This document shows, piece after piece, positions 1-12,966 of a DNA stretch of 64,000 nt. The DNA lies in the NCBI RefSeq assembly GCF_030684315.1, contig NC_081355.1, positions 5,880,761-5,944,760 of the forward strand. The letters are read 5' to 3'. The notes below the pieces were generated by a model. It did no database searches and was not told where the DNA came from. It saw only the letters and a program-made list of their open reading frames with translations. This stretch comes from Stegostoma tigrinum (lineage: Eukaryota). Numbering within the stretch: the stretch's first letter is position 1; the number at the start of each line of letters is the position of its first letter. The position numbers and the translations under genes were made by a program.

Positions 1-556
1 ATACACTGCCTCTGATATCACTTTCAGAAAAATCCCAACAGATGCCTGCATCCAACAAGAAGACAACGAAATTTAGCTGGAAATGCACACTGCTATCACA
101 TTCCAAATGAGCGCCACTCCACTTACCATCCGATTCTTTGCCCCTCTCTTAAGCCCTCATCAATCCATTCTCCTCCCTCCCCACTCCTAACCTTGCTGCA
201 AATAGTGAGGGCAGGGAAAGGAGCGGTGAGCAGGAAGTGGTACAGATTCAGGAGAGAAACGGGCAGCAAAATAAAGGCACCAAGTGTTCGTGAGGCAGCT
301 GACGGAGGTGGACGACAAGTGCAAGGCAAGGACATCGACAGTGAGAGAAACCAGAATTGTGCCAACAGATGGAGTTGGGTGCCAAATGGGCATAAGTAAC
401 AGTTCCGGTACACCAGCAGGAAGTGGAGAGCTTCTTTTACAAAGATTATTTGCCACTACCAGTAAAAGCATTGGTGCAGCACCATCTGATGGCAAATGTG
501 ATCTACTGCACCAAGAATTCAGATAAACAGCTAAACATCAGCAGATTACTGATCGC

Positions 557-692
557 ATAACATAGCACATAGAACAGTACAGCGCAGAACAGGCCCTTCG
601 GCCCTCAATGTTGCGCTGACCTGTGAACTAATCTAAGCCCCTCCCCTACATCATTATCCATATGCTTATCCAAGGACTATTTAAATGCCCCT
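557..692 (-). mobile_element. CR1 LINE 3' terminal fragment
   Basis: (ACATAGA)-type tail and 3' sequence shared with 6699-6820 and 50842-51100. Confidence 0.75.
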
Positions 693-852
693 AGGTACTA
701 AACCATGCAAAGTTTAATGCAAAACATCATCATTCCCATGCCACTTATAAATGCCATCTCCTTGGAAAACCTGATACCATTCAATATTTTGTTAATTACA
801 TAACAGTTTATTAAATGCCAATGGACTATGATGTCAATATTCTTGTTCTTAC

Positions 853-983
853 CCCACTCTGTCATCCCATGATCAGAAGTATAGATGAAGGCAGTCTTCT
901 TATCATTTCTGTAGAAGTCTTCAATGATAGACACAACTTCTTCAATACCTTTATCGACTATTCGGATATTTTCCTTATACTCA
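853..983 (-). CDS. PIGN: PIGN coding exon 6 (EYKENIRIVDKG...TAFIYTSDHGMTEW); gene continues left of window
   Basis: TSDHGM alkaline-phosphatase-superfamily motif; attcag| and |gtaaga; 131 nt. Confidence 0.96.
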
Positions 984-1059
984 CTGAATAATAAATATTT
1001 GCAATCAGGTGACAGTCAAGCAAATCCACACAGTTCTGTAATTTACAGTGAAAAACAGC

Positions 1060-1490
1060 CTTTATAAAATGTCTTTCATGACCTCAGGATGTGCCAACTA
1101 CTTCACTGCCAAGGAAGTAATTCCGAAGCATAATCACTGTTGTAGTGTAGGAAGCATGGCAACCAGTCTGAGCACAGTAAGTTCTTTGAAATACCAATGA
1201 CAAAGCCACCACATAACGTTTTGTAACATTGAATCGGGAATAAACAATAGCCGGGACACACAGACAACTTCTCTGCTTCTCTTCAAAATAGTGCCATGAG
1301 ACCTTTGCTTGTGAGGGCAGGGGAGACTTCAGTTTAAAGTCCTAGCTGAAAGACAGCACCTCTGACAGCATAGCACTCCCTCAGCACTGTACTGGAGCGT
1401 GAGCTTAAAATTTATGTTTATACCCAAGATTGGTACTCCAACTCATAACCTTTTGACTCTGAAGGGAATGCACTACCAACTGAGCCATAA
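1060..1490 (-). mobile_element. DeuSINE (SacSINE1/AmnSINE1-like) copy
   Basis: Deu-domain-like sequence (ctcttcaaaatagtgccatg; gcactccctcagcactg); related copies at 21.8, 33.0 and 53.2 kb. Confidence 0.7.
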
Positions 1491-2109
1491 ACTACTGTTT
1501 TTTTGCCAGCTCATTCAAGTTAATTAGAAAACAAAGAAAATTATGAACGTGGTGTAGTAGTCAACAGCCACACGAACAACATGACATTCTGTCTACTTTT
1601 GAACAGCAGTTTCTATTCATTCGGTTCAAATAGCAAATAGAGGAACTTGACGACATGGAGTCATGGACTACTGGCTTTTCAAACCTGATAACCAAAGTTT
1701 TGGAAAGGAGGAGTGTCAGCTATCCAAAGTGAAGTAAGTTTGAGCAATCTCAAACGAGCTTGCAGTTAATTATGTGTTTAATTGAGAAATCCCTCCAAAA
1801 CCAGAATATGACATGATGTCAAAGATGCACAGGTGAAAGCCACACTCGTGGAATAAAATAATTTCCAAATTCAGATGTGCGAATGGTTTATATGAATATA
1901 GTATGACCTGCGGGTGCAGCTGACAACAATGTAAAGAACAAAAATGCAATCTTTCAATGATAAAGAACAATGGAATATTAATGAGAGAAATTACCACACA
2001 AATCTTATCTACAGACATTCCAGAAAAAGAGTAACAGTGCTAATATTTTTGGTGATAAATGATTTTTCATAGTCTACAAAACATAGACAAAAGTCCTCAT
2101 TTACTTAGA

Positions 2110-2860
2110 AGCATAGAATTTTACAAGACCGAAGGCGGTCATTTCTGTACCGAGTACAGCTAGTGCCATTTTCCAGCCCTATATCCATTACCATCCAAAT
2201 TCATCACTTTCAAATATATAGCCAGCGCTTTCAAAACCTCTCGTAAAGTCCGCCTCCACCACTCTCCCAAGCAGCACATTTCAAATCCTAATAATCCTCT
2301 GAGCAAAGAAGTTCCTTCTCTTCTCACTCCTAGCTCTTTTGCTGACAATCTTGGATCGTTATCCCTCGTCACTGACATACCAACAGATGGAAACAGAAGA
2401 TCCTTCTTTACTCATCAAAATTGCTCATAATTTTGTAAACCTCAGTGAAGTGATCTCTTAATCTTCCCTGTTCCAAGAGAAATAAGCCTAATTTCTCTAC
2501 TTTTTCCGAGGAAGGGTTACCGGACCCAAAACGTTAACTCTGTTTTCTCCTCCACAGATGCTGCCAGACTTGCTGAGCTTTTCCAGCAACTTTTTAAGAG
2601 CACAAAAACACTTTCCTTGTACCTAAAATCCGTCATTCCTGGGATCATTCTAGTCAATCTCCTTCACACTGTCTCCAGATTTTAACATCCTTCCTTAAAT
2701 AAGGTGCCCAGTTCTGAACACAAAGCTCTCCAGTCATCATCTGACCAATGATTTGTAGAGGTGTAGCATCACTTCCTTGCTTTTATACTCTATGCCTCTT
2801 TTATAAACCCAAGGATCCTACAAGCCTTCTTAACAACTGTTTCAATTTACCTTGCCACCT
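2110..2860 (-). mobile_element. Degenerate CR1 3' fragment with a nested Penelope-like family-B piece (2506-2592)
   Basis: Similar to the 22865-23335 CR1 remnant; nested CCGAGGAAGGGTTACCGGACCCAAAACGTTAAC. Confidence 0.65.
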
Positions 2861-3125
2861 TATACTTTTAGATATTTATTGAATATTGTTCTTACAAAAT
2901 AAATGCCAAAACACAGCAATACTCACAGAATCAGAAGGGCCCTACAAAATATCTCTCATGAACTCAAACCTATAAGTTTAGAAAATGGATTGAGCATTAA
3001 CACCAAAAAGATTCTTAAAAATGTAGTGAGGAGGAACTAAAGGGAAGATTCCCAAAATGTTGACAGTGATGAATTCAGATGGCAATGCCATTGACTTTCA
3101 AGAGGAGATAGTTAGGTTTAATACA

Positions 3126-3200
3126 TGCTAGCTAAGCCGGTGGGTTTGGGTGCAAATGTTTCGTCACCCTGCTCGGTAACATCGTCAGTGTGCCTCCGGT
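3126..3200 (-). mobile_element. Penelope-like family-C terminal fragment with hammerhead core
   Basis: Reverse strand reads CTGACGA-TGTTACC-GAGCAG-GGTGAC-GAAAC; related piece at ~42675-42760. Confidence 0.65.
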
Positions 3201-5114
3201 AAAGGAAATCATTAGATTCTCTTTTATCAGGGATAAGTATTGCACGGCACTTGTGTGGCACACTCACTACTTATCACATTTCTACTCAAGCCTGAAAGTT
3301 ATCCAGGTCTTGCTGCATATGTATGTGAACTGCTTTAGTGTCTGAGGAGCCATGAAGCATGCCAAACATTGCACAATCACTAGCAAACATTCCTGCATGA
3401 TGGAGGGAAGCTCACTGATGAAGCAGCTGAAGATGGTTGGATCTAGGATACTATCCTGCAGACATGTCCTGGAATTGAGATGACTGACCTCCAACAAACA
3501 ACAATCAATGAGGAAAAAATGCTGTTACCGTCGTGTTCCAGCAATTAAAAAAAAGAAAGAGATTCTCAATAACAAATCCCACTGGGAATTCAGGAGAAAC
3601 TTCTTTACTAGAGGAGTGGCTGCTCTTATACCACAAATACTTCCTTGGATGTTAACCACTTTGGGATATTGTGCAGTTATAAAAGGTGCATAAAAATGGA
3701 TGTCTTTCTTTTTTCATCATTATGAACATTGGAAAGAATACTGATTATCCTTTTGGCACTGAATTCCCTCAGTGGGAAACAAAAACTGGAGACTGCAAAG
3801 CGCTTAAGATCCCAAAGAATTTAAAAGCAATTTTCTCAAAATGCCTGTTCGACATATCAACCTGGATACGAGTAGCTAAGTCTATTATGTTCCAGAGGTG
3901 TTTTATTTCAGAATAGAAAGAAGGGTAATTTGAATACAACCACATGAAAGCCATGACAACAGCACAATTTTCTTTACAGAAGTATTCCAATTAGTTGAGA
4001 AATGCTAACAATGTTGGATTTGATGTGTTGGATTGGCAGAGTGGATTGAAAGTTATCCTCTTTCTCAACAGACTGTACACAATAAGGTGATAAGCTCATG
4101 ACAATGATCATGTTTGAGCAGCACACAAGGCTTACGCTCATTTAGCACCCAATTTTTGGGAGTAAAACGTTTGCCCACCAGTGCGCAATCAGCCCGTTTT
4201 ATTCAGGGAACACTTAATAATATCCAGAGACAAGATAAGCCAATTAAATGCATTAAAAACCAGAGCAAACATACAATGGCATGTTGCACAACCTCACTAC
4301 ATTCATCACTCTACAATTAAAAGGTAATCATAGCCTAATAATAATAATTGCATTAAAAAATGGGATTCGTAAAATTTGACATTATGTCTAGTTTTATGCC
4401 AGGATGGGAGCTGAGCTTCCACAGGGGACTTGCATGAGAACACTGCCGTACTCAAGGACTACATGAGCTACATCAAGACCGGACTGACACTTTGTACCAA
4501 GCTTTAGATCAACTGCAAGCATCAGGAAAATGATGTTAAAATGAATTTCATCACAATGTTTTTTTTATTGCAGAATTTCACATGCTGCCAAAGAAAAGCT
4601 ACTTGAAAACAGAATTGGTTTGAACTTGAACCACCTTCTCAAGCCAATGTAACCTAAGAATATCAGGATCCGTTATCTTCCTTCTACACATAGTACTAAA
4701 CACATCACTCTTCTGTTTAGCAATGCTGTGCTGTAAACACTGTATCAGGCTATTTGGCCCAAGAACTTCATGCCATGATTTATATTCCACACGAGTTTCC
4801 AACGACCACTCTTCATCGAACTCTATCAATTTATCCTTCCACCTCTTTCTTCCTTGCATGCCTATTAGATTCCCTTCACAATGCAGTAATATTATTTGCT
4901 GAAATGACATATGGCAGCAAGTTTCCCATTCTAATCATTGCTCAATAAAGAAGCTTCTACTGAATTCCTGGCTGGGTGTATTACAATTACGGTCTCAGTT
5001 TCTGGTTTCACCCTTGAGTGGTAACATTATTTGTACGTTTGTGCCATCAAACCCTTTCACAATTGTGACAGCCTCCGTCATGTCAGCCCTCCGTGTCTTC
5101 TCGAGAAGAAGCCA

Positions 5115-5622
5115 CATCTCACTGCACAACACCACCTTCCGGTCACAAAACATAATAACTCCTTCCTCCCTCCCTGGGTGACATGCCCATTCTGGGCCTC
5201 CTCCACAATGACGTCATCCGCAAACTGGAGGAGCAGCACCTCATATTCTGCCTTGGGAGCCCACAGCCCGACAGTCTGAATGTGGATTTTACCAGTTTTA
5301 AAACATTCCCACACCCAGCCTCATCACATGACCAACCCTCCCTCTCATCCCTGCCTCCTTGACTGGACACAACTCGTCCATCTTCTCACCCTCCTATCTG
5401 CCACTCCCACCTCACTGACCAATCCCAATCACTGCTTACATGCTCTCACCCATCACCATCTCACCTAACATCCTTAGCGCCACCCTCTCTCTCTATTTAT
5501 TTCTGAGCTCCCCTCTCCATCTCCATTTATGAAGGATCCTAACCTAAAACATCAGCTTTTCTGCTCCTCTGATGCCCCCTGGCCTGCTGTGTTTGTCCAG
5601 CTCCACATACTTTGTTATCTCA
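5115..5622 (+). mobile_element. Old Penelope-like family-A 3' fragment (GIY-YIG C-terminus plus terminal repeat)
   Basis: Degenerate version of 12360-13024 (KLEEQHLIFCLG-like); decayed hammerhead near 5530-5555. Confidence 0.75.
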
Positions 5623-6409
5623 GTCAACTTCTTGCTGCGCTTCACCAATTCATGTAAGCATCCACCAGGATATAAAACCTTATTCAAATACAGCGATCAA
5701 AGAAAATCAACAGAATGTAATTATAGCACAAGTAATTTCATGCAATAATCATAGCTCAACCGCTTAGTCCAAGTATTATCTAAATTATGGTCACTAGGCT
5801 TTCATCAAGGCAAGCAGGCCAAAACTTGTTAGTATTTTCTACTGTCTTCTTGATGATACACCCTCCTAGCCCCAATTAGTCTCAGCTACAATCTTTTATA
5901 ACACTCCCAAGTCTCTCTCACTTTCACATTGAATGAAAAGGGGAAGAATTCATTCTTTTTTACTCTCAATTCATTTCCTATTTACAGTGCTATGATGTTC
6001 ATAATATCTCTCACCCCTATTTTAACCAGCAATCTCCTTGGCGTAACCATACTAAATGTCTTCTTAAAATCCAACTAAGGCATCCTTTAGTCCTACTCCA
6101 TCCATCCATTCAATGACTGTCAAAAAAACTAAAAAAAAAGGTTTTTAGGTTGCCGAGACACATATTTCACAATATCAGGCAAGTTTTCCAAATATTCACT
6201 TCTAATGGATTCTCGCAGTTCTTCAACTGCTGATTTTAAATTCACCAGCATACAGTCCTTAATTTGTCTGATTATTGGTTATAAACAATAATTTAACATT
6301 TTCTGCCTTTCAACCAGGCAATCTGAAGCTAGCAAACCTTGAGAGATGGAAAAGGTGCAACTCAAACTGCATAAAAATGACATAAAAATTAAGTACAAGA
6401 GAGAATCAC

Positions 6410-6534
6410 CTTGATGTTGGCCTGTGAGCATGCCCATTGGTGTCCAGGCCAAGTAAATGAAGGAAATAAACAATTTGATTTTGTCTCATTTTTTTTGACA
6501 ACAGCTCATTGTTTTTGGCAAATTCGAAAAACTC
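6410..6534 (-). CDS. PIGN: PIGN coding exon 5 (EFFEFAKNN...[20 protein letters not shown])
   Basis: [11 protein letters not shown] motif; caatag| and |gtgatt; 125 nt. Confidence 0.96.
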
Positions 6535-6698
6535 CTATTGGAAAACAAAAGAAAAGACATTAGGATACTGGGAAATAAAGATCAATTTACATAGTCAGAT
6601 ACAGTAATGTTCCTTCTGTTATCACCACGCATCATGTCTCATCCTCCCATGTCTTCTTTCATTAACTCGCACTTGTATAGTACCTTAAATGTTACCAA

Positions 6699-6820
6699 CC
6701 ATAGAACATAGAACAATACAGCGCAGAACAGGCCCTTCGGCCCTCAATGTTGCGCCGACCTGTGAATTAATCTAATCCCCTCCCCCTACACTATTCCATC
6801 ATTATCCATATGCTTATCCA
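6699..6820 (-). mobile_element. CR1 LINE 3' terminal fragment
   Basis: Near-identical to 557-692. Confidence 0.75.
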
Positions 6821-7162
6821 TCCCACAGCATTTCACAGGAGGGTCATCAAATCTAACCTGATACTGAGCTATATGACAAAACATTAAGGAAAATGGCTAA
6901 AAGCTTGATGAAAGGGGTAGGTTTTAAAGGACACTTTGAAGGTAGAGTGAATGGTAGGGAGCAGCGACATCTAACGAGGGAGTTCCAAAGCTTAGAGCCT
7001 CAACAACTAATGGTGGAATAATGAAAACTGGGAACAGACAAGAGGCCAGACTTAAAGGGGAGTCAAATTAAAAGGGGGACAGCAAGTATCTTCGGAAAGA
7101 AAGTCGGGTTTTTCCAGTTGCTATTGGTAAACGTCTAAACAGGTGAAAAACATTCCTAATAC

Positions 7163-7269
7163 CTTTACTTCATTGAAAACCCAGGTGTCCAGCTTTGAAG
7201 GATCCTGAGCAGCAAAGTCTTCCTTCTCAGCTGGGTACATGTGCATATAGATGTGATCACCGCTGGCAC
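7163..7269 (-). CDS. PIGN: PIGN coding exon 4 (GASGDHIY...[20 protein letters not shown])
   Basis: Hand translation; ctgcag| and |gtatta; 107 nt. Confidence 0.95.
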
Positions 7270-8573
7270 CTGCAGCATACAAGAACGTTGATTATTTAAT
7301 CATCCTGGTTTAAGTTATGAAAAATAGATACTTTGTACACAGGAGTTTGTACACCCTGTTCAAACAGACACATGAAATAGTAACAGGACTAGGCCACTTG
7401 GTCCCTGGAGCCCACTCCGCGTTTCAAGAAGAAAAGCAGCACAGAGCCATGCACTCATTTAACGAAAATTCTGAGAGATAGTTCAGCTGAAGTTCTAACT
7501 GAAAAACGAACCATGTTGTTTTGGACCTTAGTAAAGCAGTGTATTTGTTTTCTGCATTTCCACTAATATGCATTCCCAGATTTTATGATATAGGGGAATT
7601 GTTTTCTACAGTTCCTCTAAGGCACCACATATACCCAACATCCCACCCCAGAGTTGAGTGAAAAGGTTCTCAGAAATTATACGTTGTTTTCTACTTTAAA
7701 AATCTGGATCAGAAATACACATGCATCAAATCATGGTGGGATGACGTATCATGTCATTAAAAAGTAGGAACAGAAATCAGCCAAAGTTGACAAAAGCAAG
7801 TTTAAACATGCTGTGCTGCATCATTTTAGAATTCTATGTTACAGCAGGGCAGTGAAAGTGTCTTTGAGAGACAATGATAGTCCTCCTAACGAACAACTGT
7901 TTCAAGTCATGGACCATTTGCTCGCAAACATCCCAAAAACTGATATCCAATAATATTTATTATCACTCAACCATAATGACAGGTCAGTACTGGAGCCATG
8001 ACAATAGGTTGTTCTCCAAAATTAATTTTAGAAAAAAGAACTTTGATTGTCAGAGGCAATTTGATGGTAAATCCTCCCCAATAATAGGAAATTCTATACA
8101 CAACTGTGGAGTACGTGTCCTATATACATTCTTGCTTGTTTTCTTTAATTTTGATAACTGTTCAAAAGTATTTTTTGAAAAAGACTGAGTTTTTATAGTA
8201 CACCGCAGTGAATACACTGGAACAGAAACTTGATCCTTTTTTAAATTTTTCCCCCCTTTTTTTAAAATATTCTTCCCATTTTCAAATCTCTCCATGGTCT
8301 CACATCTCCTTGCCTGTGCAACCTCCTTCAGTCCAGCAACCCATCAAGAAGTCAGTGCTGCTCCATTTCCTATTTTCACTGCTCCTTTAATGGTGGCCAT
8401 GCCTTCATTTGCTTGAGCCTGAAGCTCTGTAATGGCTCCCTAAAATTTTTCTACTCACTGCCTCAAATCTCCACTGGACATTCCTTACAGCCTAGATCTT
8501 CACCAAACTTTGTATTTTATAAACTGTTATTTTTGAGGGCTTATGTTGCATCAACAAGACCAGTGTGCCTTAC

Positions 8574-8672
8574 CTTTCGCAAACATTGGTAAAATGTCAG
8601 GACTTCCCCAGCACCAGGTGTATTTGCTCTCATTAAAAACAGAATCAAATTCCACTGGGTTTTCTTTCCAAC
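8574..8672 (-). CDS. PIGN: PIGN coding exon 3 ([33 protein letters not shown])
   Basis: Hand translation matches PIGN; atgcag| and |gtaagg; 99 nt. Confidence 0.96.
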
Positions 8673-9179
8673 CTGCATAAATTACAAGATTACAAGGCAA
8701 GAAATTGCACCTACTTAATTAATAAATTACACCAACTTCTGAAATTCTGCCAACTTCTGACATTACTGCAAGAGATTGCTGGGTGGTGCCTAAATTCAAC
8801 CATCTTCAAATACTTTATCAATTACCTTCCTGCGAATATAACACGACATGATGGAGGAGCAAAAGTAGGCCACTGAGCCCAACAAGTATGTTCTGCCATT
8901 CAAAGAATGCATGGCTGAAGTGTTAGTTTTGATTTACTGGGTTTTCCTCATAACCCTTGACTCCCTTACAGATTTTTAAAAAAATGCCTTTCAACTTTGA
9001 ATATAGTTAATGGCACAGTTTCTGCAGCCCTCTGCAGTAAAGAATTCCACAGACCGACTAGCCTCAGAAGGAATTCCTCCTCATTCTGTCTTAAATGGGT
9101 GAATTCTTACTCCAGTCCTAGACTTTCTTCAAAAGGAAAACAACCTCCACACATCTACCCTATCAAGACCCCTAAGGTG

Positions 9180-9651
9180 AGAAATGGAAGTGTTTGCTGA
9201 TGAATGCAGAATCCAGTATCACTCAATTCCACAGATACTCAAACAGCCAGTGTCCAGAAGACCTGGAGAACCTTTGAGCTTGGACTGCTGAATGGCATGT
9301 AATATCTGTATTTTAAAAAAAGTGTCAGGCTGTAATCATCTTCAAGAAGAAAAAAACCTCTAACTATGCCTCAATGATGCTCAATGGCATTACCATCATT
9401 CAATTCTGCTATCAACATCAATGAGTTACCATTCGCTGGCTATATAAATACTGTGACAATAGGAACAGGCTGGGAATTTAACATGGAGTAACCCACCCTA
9501 ATGCCTGTCCACCATCAACAAGGAACAAGTCAGAGCGCGAAGAGATAGAACTCATCCAGTTTTTCCTGGATGGCTACAACTCAAAGTTCAAGAAAGGTGG
9601 AATTATCATGACAAAGCAGCCCCTGGGTGGCCATCACATTCAAACTGTACA
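9180..9651 (+). mobile_element. Old CR1/L2-type LINE fragment, resumes at 11692-11850 after a nested CR1
   Basis: FADE-like RT remnant; continuation resembles the reverse complement of 13489-14010. Confidence 0.6.
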
Positions 9652-11684
9652 AGTGCTGGATAGGTTTGTCCCACTGAGGCAAGGAAGGGGTAGTAAGGTG
9701 AAAGAACCTTGGATGACAAGACATGCGGCACATCTGGTCAATAGGAAGAAAGAAGCTCTATTAAGGTTGAGGAAGCAAGAATCGATAGGGCTCTGGAGGG
9801 TTACAAGACAGCCAGGAAGGAACTGAAGAATGACTTAGGAGAGCTAGAAGAGGACATGAAAATGCCTTGGCGGGTAGAATTAAGGAAAACCTGCAAGACA
9901 TTCTATACTTCTGTGAGGAATAAAGGATGGCCAAAGTGAGGGTAGGGCCATTCAGGGATAGTGGAGGGTACTTGTGCCTGAAGTCGTAGGAGGTAGGGGA
10001 GGTCCTTAATACTTTGCTTCAGTATTCATCAGTAAGAGGGACCTTGTAGATTGAGAGGACAGCACGAAACAAGCTGATATGCGAACAGGTTGATGTTAGG
10101 AAGGGGGATGTATGAGAAATTTTGAAAAACGAGAACAGATAAGTCCCCTAGGCCAGACGGGGCACACACAAGGTTACTACAGGAAGCTAGGGAAGAGACA
10201 GCTGCGCCTTTGGTGATATTCTTTGAGTCCTCACTATCCACTGGAGTAGTACCAGATGATTGGAGGGTGGCAAATGTTGTTCCCTTGATCAGGAAAGGGA
10301 ATAGGGATAATCCTGGGAATTACAGACCAGTCAGTCTTACTTCTGTGGTGGGCAAATTATTAGAGAGGATTCTGAAAGATAGTATTCATGATTATTTGGA
10401 AAAGCATAGCTTGATTAGAAATAGACAGCATGGCTTTGTGAGGAGCAGGTCATGCCTCACAAGCCTTACTGAATTCTTTGAGGATGTGACAAAACACATT
10501 GATGAAGGTAGAGCAGTGGATGTGGTGTATGTGGATTTTTATCAAGGCATTTGATAAGAATTCCCATGGTAGGCTCATTCAGGAAGTAGGGAGGCATGGG
10601 ATTCAGAAAATTTGGCTGTCTGGATACAGAATTAGCAGTCCAATAGAAGACCGAGAGTGGTAGTAGATGGAAAGTATTCAGCCTGGAGCTCAGTAACCAG
10701 TGGTGTTCTACAGGGATCTGTTCTGGGACGTCTGCTCTTTGTAATCTTTATAAATGACTTGGATGAGTTGAGGGGTGAGTTAGTAAATTTGCCGAAGACA
10801 CAAAGGTTGATAGAGTTGTGGATAGTGTGGAGGGTGGGTGTAGGTTGCAAAAGGACATTGACAGGACGCAGAGCTAGGCAAAGAAGTAGCAAATGGAATT
10901 CAACCCAGAGAAGTGTGAAGTGATTTATTTTGCAAGGTCGAATTTGAATGCAGAATACAGGGTTAATGGCAGGATTCTTGGCAATGTGGAAGAAGAGGGA
11001 TTTTGGGATCCACGTCCATAGATCCCCCTGTTCCTTAAAGTTAACAACCCTATCAATTTGGGTGGCAAGAAAGCGTACAGTATGTTGGCTTTCATTGGCA
11101 CGGGGATTGAGTTTAAGAGCTGCAAGGTTATGCTGCAGCTCTATGAAACCCTGGTTAGACCACACTTGGAATACTGTGTTCAGTTCTGATCGCCTTATTA
11201 TAGGAAGGATGTGGAAGCTTTAAAGAGGATGCAGAGGAGATATACCAGGATGCTGCCTGGGCTAGATGGCAGGTCTTATGAAGAAAGGTTGAAGGAGTTA
11301 GGACTTTTCTCATTGGAGTGAAGGATGACAAGAGGTGACTTGATTGAGATGAACAAGATGATGAGAGGCAAAGATACAGTGGATAGCCAGAGACTTTTTC
11401 CTCAGGGCAGAAGTGACTATCACGAGGGGGCATAATTTAAGGTGATTAGAGGAAGGTGTAGGGGAGATGTCAGAGGTAGGTTCTTTATACAGAGAGCGTG
11501 AAACGCATTGTCAGTGGCGGTAGTAGAGTCAGATATATTAGGGGCTTTTAAGTGATTCATGGATAGGCACATGGATGATAGTAAAACGAAGGGTATGCAG
11601 GTTAGTTTGATCTTAAAGTAGGATAATAGGTTGGCACAACATCATGGGCCAAAAGGCTTGTACTGTGCTGTACCGTTCTATGTT
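9652..11684 (+). mobile_element. 5'-truncated CR1 LINE (disrupted RT)
   Basis: PDDWRVANVVPL..PGNYRPVSLTSVVGK..QHGF..SCLT and [10 protein letters not shown] motifs; TTCTATG tail; flanking CTGTACA duplication (9645-9651, 11685-11691). Confidence 0.92.
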
Positions 11685-12060
11685 CTGTACACCTTTTGTC
11701 AGTGCCCAGTGCTGGCAGTGTGTGTCATCTACAAGATGCACTGAGCAATTCATCAAGATTTCTTCGACAGCACTTTACAAACCTTTGGCCTCTATCAAAT
11801 AGCCGGACAACGGCAGCAGATGGATGGGAACACCACCACCTGCGAGTTCTACAACTATATTAGTGCTTAACTGTTGCATCAGAAGGCTGGAACTCTCTCC
11901 TTGGTGTAGCGCCACCAAAAGGATAGCAGCTGTATTGGGCCAACATCCTGAGTTTTTTGTATCAGAGATAATGGGAACTGCAGATCCTGGAGAATCCAAG
12001 ATAATAAAATGTGAGGCTGGATGAACACAGCAGGCCAAGCAGCATCTCAGGAGCACAAAA

Positions 12061-12091
12061 GCTGACGTTTCGGGCCTAGACCCTTCATCAG
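12061..12091 (-). ncRNA. Minimal type I hammerhead ribozyme motif
   Basis: CTGATGA-AGGGTCTAGGCCC-GAAAC-GTC; catalytic boxes, stem II GGG/CCC and GUC triplet intact. Confidence 0.75.
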
Positions 12092-12935
12092 AGAGGGGAA
12101 TGGGGAGAAGGAACTGGAATAAATAGGGAGAGAGGGGGAGGCAGACCGAAGATGGAGAGAAAAGAAGATAGGTGGAGAGAGTGTAGGTGGGGAGGTAGGG
12201 AGGGGATAGGTCAGTCCAGGGAAGACGGACAGGTCAAGGAGGTAGGATGAGGTTAGTAGGTAGGAGATGGAGGTGTGGCTTGAGATGGGAGGAAGGGATC
12301 AATGAGAGGAAGAACAGGTTAGGGAGGCAGAGACAGGTTGGACTGGTTTTGGGATGCAGCGGGAGGCTTGGGGACCGCTTTGCAGAACACCTCCGCTCGG
12401 TTCACAATAAACGACTGCACCTCCCAGTCGCAAACCATTTCCACTCCCCCTCCCATTCTTTAGATGACATGTCCATCATGGGCATCCTGCAGTGCCACAA
12501 TGATGCCACCCGAACGTTGCAGGAACAGCAACTCATATTCCGTTTGGGAACCCTGCAGCCCAATGGTATCAATGTGGACTTCACCAGCTTCAAAATCTCC
12601 CCTTCCCCCACCGCATCCCAAAACCAGCCCAGTTCGTCCCCTCCCCCCACTGCACCACACAACCAGCCCAGCTCTTCCCCCCAACCCACTGCATCCCAAA
12701 ACCAGTCCAACCTGTCTCTGCCTCCCTAACCTGTTCTTCTTCTCACCCATCCCTTCCTCCCACCTCAAGCCGCACCTCCATCTCCTACCTACTAACCTCA
12801 TCCCACCTCCTTGACCTGTCTGTCTTCCCTGGACTGACCTATCCCCTACCTCCCCACCTATACTCTCCTCTCCATCTTCGGTCCGCCTCCCCCTCTCTCC
12901 CTATTTATTCCAGTTCCCTCTCCCCATCCCCCTCT

Positions 12936-12966
12936 CTGATGAAGCGTCTAGGCCCGAAACGTCAGC
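12936..12966 (+). ncRNA. Minimal type I hammerhead ribozyme motif (stem II mismatch)
   Basis: CTGATGAAGCGTCTAGGCCCGAAACGTCAGC. Confidence 0.65.

Noticed and set aside
12247-12729. 160-aa ORF as a host nuclease gene
   Set aside because: Chimera of an inverted arm and a GIY-YIG C-terminal fragment; catalytic N-terminus absent
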